Shown: positions 55,679 to 64,000 of the stretch, one piece after another | Layout: each line of letters begins with the position of its first letter | Numbering within the stretch: the stretch's first letter is position 1 | Assembly (NCBI GenBank): GCA_951406725.2 | Contig: OX597821.1 | Location: 9,300,001 to 9,364,000 of the forward strand | DNA: 64,000 nt | Direction: 5' to 3' | Source: Octopus vulgaris | Taxonomy: Eukaryota | Notes under the pieces: generated by a model | Told to the model about the DNA's origin: nothing | Databases searched by the model: none | What the model saw: only the letters and a program-made list of their open reading frames with translations | Program-made: the position numbers and the translations under genes

Positions 55679-56328
55679 GAGTGAGCGAGCAGAGCATGCC
55701 ATCAAAGTGACACTGGGGTAAAATATACGAAGCCCAGTATACCCATCATGACTACCCGTCTGATAAGGGTACACCAGGCACATGCATCACAACCATATGT
55801 GCGTGACATGGTGATCTCATATCAAGATAAACAGCACATGACCTTGCAGGTGGAGCCCAGTTAGAATTTTCTTCAGATCGAGTAACCCATCCCGCTCAAA
55901 CGGTCCCTGAATAAGGGTTGTCTAAGGACGTTGAACGAAACACCCATGTTTCCAGAGGTGAATTATTCAAACCCCAAAGAATCCTACTCAACACATGGCT
56001 ATGATGCTCCCCCACTACTTCTGCTCGTGATCAGAGATGCACATATCGTCAGCCACTAAGGGACATGCTCAACTGGTTAAGGTCAAACAACTGACAAGCA
56101 AATCTGTGGTATTGAGCAGAATATTTGTTGTAGCCCATCTTTTATACCAAGACAAAACAATGTACATGATAACACTTCCAATCAGTTAAGATCAGAAGGC
56201 ATGAAAGCCACTGCCTGGTACTGCATCAGGGCATTTATGGTACTGCATCAGGGCATTTATGGTACTGCATCAGGGCATTGGTACTGCATCAGGGCATTGG
56301 TACTGCATCAGGGCATTTAGTACTGCAT
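55679..56328 (-). mobile_element. ~560-bp non-coding element in (TAA)n, copy 2, with a reiterated terminus
   Basis: Same element; the terminal GGTACTGCATCAGGGCATT is repeated five times plus a partial copy (56217-56328). Confidence 0.8.
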
Positions 56329-56355
56329 TATTATTATTATTATTATTGTTGTTCC

Positions 56356-56925
56356 GGTCACTGCTTGGAATCGAACTCGGAATATTGGGCTTAGTAGCCC
56401 GAGCTCTTAATCTCTACGCCATATGCCCGTGGGCATATGCCGTAGTGGTTATATAATCGAGTATAGCTGATCATGTATGGAAAAATGGAGACCACGTCTC
56501 TCTGTGGAATGAAGTCAATATAATAGACAGAGGACACCACTGGAAAAACCACATACGAAAACTAAAAGAGGCAGCATATAAGCTAGGACACAACATCCTC
56601 CTAAGCAGACCGAGTGCGGATATGAGCAGCAGATGGGAACCGGTATTAAGGAAGGATAGAAAAATATTAGATTTATAAGCCCCAAAATTGACTCCGTAAT
56701 TGCCTATGGGCCTGTGGCGTAGTGATTAATGGTGCGGGCTACTAATCCTAAGATTCCGAATTCGGTTGCAAGCAGTGACTTCAACAACAACAACAATAAT
56801 AATGATAATAATAAAAATAACAACCCAGGTTCGAAATTTCGCCAAGACACCGGAGGAGGGTAAGTCAGCCGAAACGTTCTTAACAATAAACAAGATGGGG
56901 ACACATATCCGTTGAATGTAAATAT
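56356..56925 (+). mobile_element. Penelope/Poseidon-like 3' end (endonuclease C-terminus, tRNA-like segment, terminal repeat) with an inverted 5' junction
   Basis: 56463-56678 reads IADHVWKNGDHVSLWNEVNIID..RKLKEAA..W*; tRNA-like 56708-56780 with an inverted copy at 56356-56428; 56820-56925 is the inverted homolog of ~54900-55030. Confidence 0.8.
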
Positions 56926-57260
56926 TTTATCGTATTTATGGTTATCTGTTCGCGTTCTGTCTCTGTTGGTTGGTATTGTTATGGGTTCCGGTTTTTGGCG
57001 TTTATATTTTTTTTAAAGAACACAACCTATGGACATTTGTTGACGTTTCTTTCGTAGTTATAATTATAATTATTATTGATGCATTAGCGAGAGACCGAGA
57101 AGACACAGTAATGAGCATATATAGAGGAGTAGTATATAAATATAGATGTGTAATTAAAAGTGTAAGTTTTAAAATTTAACTCACTGGTTTGCAGTTTTCG
57201 TATAGAAATATTTTTACATTTTTACGTTAATTTGGGGGAAGCTATTTTTGTGCATATAGA

Positions 57261-57645
57261 TGGAAGCACTACGTCGGTTACGACTACGAGGGTTCAGGTT
57301 GATCCGATCAACGGAACAGCCTGCTCGTGAAATTAACGTGCAAGTGGCTGAGCACTCCACAGACACGTGTACCCTTAACGTAGTTCTCGGGGATATTCAG
57401 CGTGAACACAGAGAGTGACAAGGCCGGCCCTTTGAAATACAGGTACAACAGAAACAGGAAGTAAGAGTGAGAGAAAGTTGCAGTGAAAGAGTACAGCAGG
57501 GTTCACCACCATCCCCTGCCGGAGCCTCATGGAGCTTTAGGTGTTTTTGCTCAATAAACACTCACAACGCCCGGTCTAGGAATCGAAACCGTGATCCTAC
57601 GACCGCGAGTCCGCTGCCCTAACCACTGGGCCATTGCGCCTCCAC
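57261..57645 (-). mobile_element. Full-length SINE family X
   Basis: Reverse complement of the 15814 and 34217 copies. Confidence 0.9.
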
Positions 57646-57914
57646 TCTTGGGTATATATACTCCTTATGAACAAAAAAAAAAACTTTTTCTCGTATGCAG
57701 TTTCATGAGATGGCTTACATTTAGACATAGTTTTCTTTCATTGCTGTTGCGAATTTTTCTTTTCTGCTTCGTGATGAGTTTGTGATTTGATCTTCCCAGC
57801 AGCTCACTGACTTACATTCATGCTGTTTGTTATTCGTTGCAGCAGTATACTATCATCATCATCATCATCGTCATCATCGTCGTCGTTGTCATCATCATCA
57901 CTATTACTATTATT

Positions 57915-58120
57915 AAGGCGCCCAGCTGGCCGAGTCGTTAGCAGGCCGGGCAAAATGTTTAATGGCATTTTTCCGGCATTGCCGTCTGAGTCGAGCTCGT
58001 CTTTGCCTTTCATCATTTCGAGGTCGATTAAATAAGTATCAACCACGCACTGGGATCGACATAATTGCCCGTTCTCCTCGCCCAAATTTTCAGCCATTGT
58101 GACTAATAAAGAAAGCATTA
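57915..58120 (+). mobile_element. SINE family Z
   Basis: GGCGCCCAGCTGGCCGAGTCGTTAG head and CTTTGCCTTTCATCATTTCGAGGTCGATTAAATAAGTA core. Confidence 0.7.
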
Positions 58121-58174
58121 TATTATTATACGGACGAAGTGCTGAACGGTATTTCGTCTCGCACTACGTTCTGA

Positions 58175-58800
58175 GTGATATCAATGAAGAGGCATGATTT
58201 TTATCTGATGTCCTTCAATACAATATCTGGCCTATTAGAATCTTTCCTTCAGTTTGAACGGTGAAGTTCAAGGGGAGTGAGTTGTGATCATTTTCAAGCA
58301 CTAGATGTGGTTTGTGTTCCCACCAGCTTTTATTATGGGACAGGGCCTAGTCTTCGCGTATTACCCTGTGAATATACTGCGCTGCTCTATCATCTCTGTT
58401 GAGATACTCTGTAGGCGCAAGAAGACTGCACATAGAGACAGCATGATCGACGGTTTCCATTTGTTGTTTATATAGAGGTTGGGCTACTACTGCTTTTTTT
58501 AATATGTTTGCCTGGTAGCACGTTGAAAGTACGTTTTGATCTTGGGCTGGTATTGGTCCTACTGTCTGATTTTAAGCCAGAAGACACTAACCATTGATGG
58601 TTTGTCAACATCGGCATTTTTAGGGTTCTTTGTGCATTTAACATTGAGATGTTTTTTTGCCATTTATCAGTAAGTAGATCAATTTCAAAGTTGGGTCAAT
58701 TTCTACATAACTTTCTTCATCTATTTGATTTTCACCTGATTTGATTTTATCCCTCACTGATTTTTCTTTTAATTTGGTCAATCTCTACTTCAATTATTAG
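58175..58800 (-). pseudogene. Diverged fragment of the same R4/Dong family as 6034-10077
   Basis: Reverse complement matches ~9100-9615 (e.g. GCGCCTACAGAGTATCTCAACAG, GGTGGGAACACAAACCAC, GTGCTTGAAAATGA). Confidence 0.85.
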
Positions 58801-58845
58801 TTTGTTATTCATAATTTTTTTTCGGATGTTCGCAAGTTTGTTTTC

Positions 58846-58907
<62 letters not shown>

Positions 58908-58909
<2 letters not shown>

Positions 58910-59115
58910 GAGAAAGAAGCAACAAGAATGGATTAGTTTTTAGTACAATTGTTTCATACAAAATACTAAAAACTAATCCATTCTTGTTGCTTCTTTCTCG
59001 TTTATAATCACCCCACATTACTGTATGGTTAACACCATATAGTTTTCTGGTGCATCTAAGTTAAGTACCGCATTCAAGTGAATTCATTAGAATTGACTTG
59101 AATCTTAATTGCTTT
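58908..59115 (+). mobile_element. Mini fold-back derivative of the 44.3-46.2 kb PLE family
   Basis: 38-bp inverted arms at 58908-58945 and 58964-59001; the loop holds the GAAACAATTG remnant; 59001-59115 matches the reverse complement of 44312-44432; (TA)n on both sides. Confidence 0.85.
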
Positions 59116-59130
59116 TATATATATATATAT

Positions 59131-59167
<37 letters not shown>

Positions 59168-59984
59168 CAGATACACACACACACACACACGCCGACAAGT
59201 TTTTGTAATTCAAAAACACACACACACACACTCTCATTCTTTTACACACACCACACATATTTATTAACATGTACACTCATATATATATAGAGATAGGGTG
59301 TATCAGTAAAATATATGGGAATACAACGTTATCAAACCTATCCAAAGTTCATGAATTTCAAATTGAATATCTAGACATATAATTTATAAATGCTAACAAA
59401 AAGAACGCCCAAATGCATATGTATGTTTGTAATTTTAATCGGCTCAAGTTATAATGTGAATTCAAGTTCGAAGTTTTCGTCATGTCATCTATTAAACATA
59501 GTTTAATAAGTGCTATGAACCAGATCTCAGCCCAGCAGTCAGGTGGTCACTTCCTCTGATGGAAGATAATATAAAATAGTACACATGCATAAATGCATAT
59601 ATACATACGAGTTTCAGAATTTAGATTGCAACAATGCAGGGCTACTTAAACTAGTAACAATTTATAGTGTCTGGTATTTATGCTACCATAATTTGCAAAA
59701 CTACTATGTATTTATGTACGTACTTACGTACAAATACCACAGGTATGTTCTCTCTCACACCCACACATACACACATACACACACACACACACACAAATGT
59801 ATCCATGTATATGTATGTACACACGCAACCACACATTCGCTCCTATATCGTATTGCTTACCTAAGATAAAACGCTTGAATGCTTACCTGTTAGTAACTGC
59901 AGAATTTAATTATAGACACGTCAATGTTGACACATTTAGCTCGCTGTCGTTTGACCTATATTTCTTTCTACTGTTGTCCCAAGA

Positions 59985-60095
59985 CCTGAAAGGGTGGGAG
60001 AAGAGGGGAGTCGGTTACATCGACCCCTCCCCACCAGTGTTTCACCAGAACCTAATTTGTCGATCCCGAAAGAATGCAAAGTAAAGTCAACCCCG
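59985..60095 (-). mobile_element. Degenerate SINE family Z 3' fragment
   Basis: GTCGGTTACATCGACCC...TCGATCCCGAAAGAATGCAAAGTAAAGTCAAC. Confidence 0.55.
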
Positions 60096-61049
60096 TCTTT
60101 AGACCTATATAAAAGACACCGTTATAACAGATCCATTGATATATTGGAAACGATTTCCTGGAAGCGACGCAAGTATATATATTTTCACAAATATACACAC
60201 ATATTTCCGTCACGTGCTACACACCCCGTCTCTAAATATGTATGTGTATATATAAATACACACACCAGCACTTTCTCATACACAGACACATGCTCACACA
60301 CGCATTCTACGTACATATGTATATAAACAAACACATAAACTCGCATAAATACACACACATATATACATAATTATGCAATAATGCCACTCTTACCCTCTTC
60401 GAAATCTTCTTACAAAACTAGAATGCTGGTTATTTGTAGTATTGTTTGCTCTATTTCTGTTTCTCCTCATATCGGTGGTGATTCTTCTGTTATATTACAC
60501 ATGTATATCGAAGCATATAACTATGAACAGGATGTAGGTGCCCTGTGTTAAGAAGTAGTGGGCGTGTCACGTGTCATTTGACAGTAGCTAAATCGTTGCA
60601 CATTTTATGTTCATTTCAATCTGGGGTGGCTTCTGGACTCCTTCAGTAGTTCTTGTTTTCTCTGTCTCAGCGTTCCAATTCAATATATTTAATAAAGCTT
60701 GTTTATTTAAAATCATTATCTGATTTTATCATCGTTCTTTATATTTGTATCATTGTCATTCATCTGAGATTTATTTTACCAGTTACCTGAACGCTAAAGA
60801 ATTTGTAAAACTGGCTTTGCTCGAAATAATTGCTATCGATGACATTCTCTAATTAATGACAACAGCTTATTCGTATAATAGGTTTGCCAAATTTATCTGG
60901 CTTCATACATATTTCTATGGATGTACGGTATTTATAAACAATTGTCATAACGTTTTGTCGCAGAGAATTGCATCTTTTAAATATTTTAAGACCAGTCATA
61001 CATAGATGATTGACGATTTTCAGTAACACTTGCAACAATTGGTGCTTCC

Positions 61050-61285
61050 GTTCAACAGATTAGTTAATGGTTTTAGGCATTCTGTAGAGGAGGTCAGAAC
61101 AGTACTGGTGGAGTATTCTTCGTTGCGGAGAAGTGAATTTTTGACATGGGGCCTGGCAAGCCTACCAGATAGATGGAAGAGCATTGTAGAAAATGAAGGA
61201 GAGTATATTTTAGATTGAAAAAACAATCTTAATTTTGAAAAATTAAAGAAGTATAAAAAGATGCATTATTTATGGGATGGTCCAA
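61050..61285 (+). pseudogene. Mariner transposase C-terminal fragment with probable right terminal inverted repeat
   Basis: EFLTWGLASLPDRWKSIVENEGEYILD* matches the mariner C-terminus (LP.RW..V..NG.Y). Confidence 0.75.
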
Positions 61286-61692
61286 CAGGTTTTTCTTTGG
61301 CCAGAACTCATCATCTTTTGCAAATTCCACTTAAATATAAAAATGAGGATGGAGAGGCGAGATCTACCCCATCACCATTTTTGTGTTTTTTACATGGGTG
61401 AATATAGCGGGGATGGCCCATGTGAACTTGCCTATTCGGGAAAGGCATAGATACGTGGAAAGAGGTGAAGAAATGAGAAATGTTAACTTTAGAGTGTCTT
61501 TGGAGATCAGGGTGACGAAGAGGTGTGGGTTATTTTGTTAACCATAGGTAAAAATCCCCACCCTGGAGGAATTTCAGGATTCAAATTCTGGGGATAATTG
61601 TTGTTTTTCTTGTATACAGGAGTTTTTGTGCTAAATCCTAATTTTGTATTGACCCTTTTCCTTTTCTGTCCGGCGCTTCTGGCAAAAAAGGA

Positions 61693-61762
<70 letters not shown>

Positions 61763-61765
<3 letters not shown>

Positions 61766-62860
61766 CTTTTAACACTGGTTTTGTTTGAAATCCTGAATAG
61801 CGGACTTGTTATTTGCAGCCTACTGTACCATGCTATCTGTTATTTTCAACTAGGTAATACTTACTTGATTATTCTGAACGTGTCAAAGAAGCAAAACCTT
61901 TGCAACAGCACTACGGGGCACTCTATTCTGATTTCCTTTATATTGCTAGTGATGACTTCTGATACCGTCCCCAACAACTCAACAATAGTTGGCACTTCAT
62001 CTTCATCTTTTTCGTGTTCTATAGCCTGGCTATTTTGTACTATATAAGATAGTATATGTCTATATTTTCACCTTCCTTCTTGATCATTCGTGGTCAAAGG
62101 GACACGCAACGTCAATTATGTAGCACATTGCTGCTCGTTGTCCACCACAACTAGGTGAGGGTTGTTATGCTCTTGCACCTGATCTGTTAGGACTGGGAAA
62201 TACCACAATATTTTACAGGTCTACCACTCCACTCTCAGTGGTTTCTGCTCTCTAGACCCCACTTTTTGCATAGTTTCCATTGTAGCACTCTCACTACATC
62301 ATGTCGCCACTTATAGTTGCTTGGAGTAAGTCTAGGGTATTCTTTTACGATGCTGGCAGTGACATCGTCCGCTCTTTTACAGATGTAGAAAAGTCGAGTG
62401 TCTTGCACATTCCTAATGTTGACCTTCTAATTTGTGGCCAAAGCTTGGTTTTGTGCTGCCAGTATGGAGCTATCAGTCTCTTTTTTCAGCGCTCTTTTTT
62501 TCAGCGTGTTCTATCTATGATTTCCTGCAACTTTAGTTGTGGCTACATGAAATTGATTGTGTAATCCCTTATCGTGTAATGCTTCTTCTTATCCTTTTTT
62601 GTAGTTCTTGTATTGAGTTTTTTACTTTTTCTCTACTTTGAATACGTTCTGATGCCTACATGATACTAACAAGGTTTCCATACTTCGGGCTAGGCAATTT
62701 TAAAAGATATAGTGTTTGGTGTGCTCACTGTCTTCCACACTTATAATTTCCCTTCCGCCATTTGGTCTCTTCGTGTATATGTGATCAGTATCTGTAGATG
62801 TGTGATTGACTCCATGCATTACTGCATGCTTTCTTGTTTTCTAATCCAACTCCTTTAGCT
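61763..62860 (-). pseudogene. Degenerate R4/Dong-like 3' part with (TAA)n tail
   Basis: KWRHDVVRVLQWKLCKKWG, FPVLTDQ..NNPHLVVVD..IDVACPFD; the tail appears as (TTA)n at 61693-61762. Confidence 0.75.
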
Positions 62861-62869
62861 CATTCTCTA

Positions 62870-63595
62870 TCCGCTTCATCCCCATCCCGAAATGTTACGA
62901 GTGGGGCGAGTTTACTTGGTTTGATCAATAAGAATTGGGGCTTTTGGGATATTAACGAAGCGACAGTACAGAAAGTGAAGTCGCTTGGTACAGATTAACC
63001 GTGAACTGTGCTGTTCATGCGCATCACGTTTTAACGTTCTAGCTCACTTCAACTCTTTCTAGCAGTGCTTTGAAGGAATGTGTGTAGAGTGTGATTGTCG
63101 CATTGAATATGACAGAGAATGTTGAGCAGAGAATCTGCATCCAATGTTGCCAAAAGCGATGTCTGCTCAGAGTCCCGCGCAATGTTTTCAAAAATGTTTC
63201 ATCGTTCTCGATACTACCAAGGAGACATTGTGCAACTGAACCCCGAGTGAGCTTTTAGTCAGTTGAAAGCAGTTTTGGCACAAACTTACAGACAAGTGTC
63301 TCATACCCAAATCGGTGGAAATAATTCACTGAAATGAACCATAACTAATCTGCACATTCTCGTATAACTCACGGTTGGTAATTCAGCGATTGTCTGTCAC
63401 AGCTGCACATACACTTACTATGTCTTTCTCATTTTAACTGGTTGCAAGTCCCCCCCCCCGAACGTTCGTCAATATCAACAGTTTTTCGGCCATTTTGGAA
63501 ACGTGTGAAACACTCGTGCACTTGTGTACGGCTCATGCACTACTGTTCATAAACTTTCTGCAACTTTGCGTAGGCCTCTGATCAGGTATCACCAT
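62870..63595 (-). pseudogene. Degenerate mariner/Tc1 transposase
   Basis: SEAYAKLQKVYEQ*CMSRTQVHECFTRFQNGRKTVDIDERSG is a mariner N-terminal HTH region. Confidence 0.75.
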
Positions 63596-63780
63596 GACAA
63601 CTTTAGCTTTGTATTGTCAAATAATATCTCTGATATTCGGCTTTGAGTCCAATATTTGTCTCATTCACTGCTGGGATTCTTTCTTTGTCTGCTCTGTCAT
63701 CGAATCGTGACTAATTCCACTGCCTCAAGTATCCTCAGGTATTTATATCCGCACACAAGTTCGATTGCCTTCATTTCCCC

Positions 63781-64000
63781 ACTTAGTTAGTTAGTTAGTT
63801 AATTTGGCTCAAAAGCAAATAGCAAGGCCATGTAGGGAGACATGGAGTTATGTACAGGGTGGTGTTCATGTAAAGAGTTCAGGTCACTTGAGGTCAAGGG
63901 AGGCTTTGAACAAAGCGGTCGTCGGCATCTTCACCATCTCGTCTGGCAGCTTGTTCCACGGATCCGCAACCCGGACGGAGAAAGCTCCTCTCCTTCGATT
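63781..64000 (-). mobile_element. 3' end of a CR1/L2-group LINE with a (CTAA)n tail
   Basis: RRGAFSVRVADPWNKLPDEMV..FKASLD, a short 3' UTR, then TAACTAACTAAC. Confidence 0.8.

Noticed and set aside
56217-56328. CRISPR-like short direct repeats
   Set aside because: No unique spacers, eukaryotic context, no cas genes.

Overview
AT-rich, microsatellite-dense eukaryotic DNA. The SINE/LINE repertoire looks like a cephalopod (Octopus-like) genome; this is an inference from repeat families, not verified. I found no intact host gene. The window is a mosaic of five components. (1) R4/Dong-like restriction-like-endonuclease (RLE) non-LTR retrotransposons, mostly in (TAA)n tracts, including a tandem pair at 4079-10077. 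(2) Penelope-like elements (PLEs) of at least three types, with GIY-YIG remnants. (3) Three tRNA-headed SINE families. (4) RTE, Tx1/L1, CR1-like and mariner relics. (5) A probable array of very decayed, co-oriented (minus-strand) LRR/Toll-like receptor pseudogenes forming the background between insertions. The most striking non-coding signal is a recurring set of small, sequence-unrelated, ORF-less elements next to (TA)n tracts. They carry type-I hammerhead ribozyme motifs (CTGANGA...GAAAC...GTH) and occur as fold-back palindromes with the apex at the ribozyme, or as ~470-bp partial tandem units, suggesting PLE-mobilised, retrozyme-like RNAs. All calls were made by eye without alignment, folding or database tools. 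Boundaries of degenerate elements are approximate.
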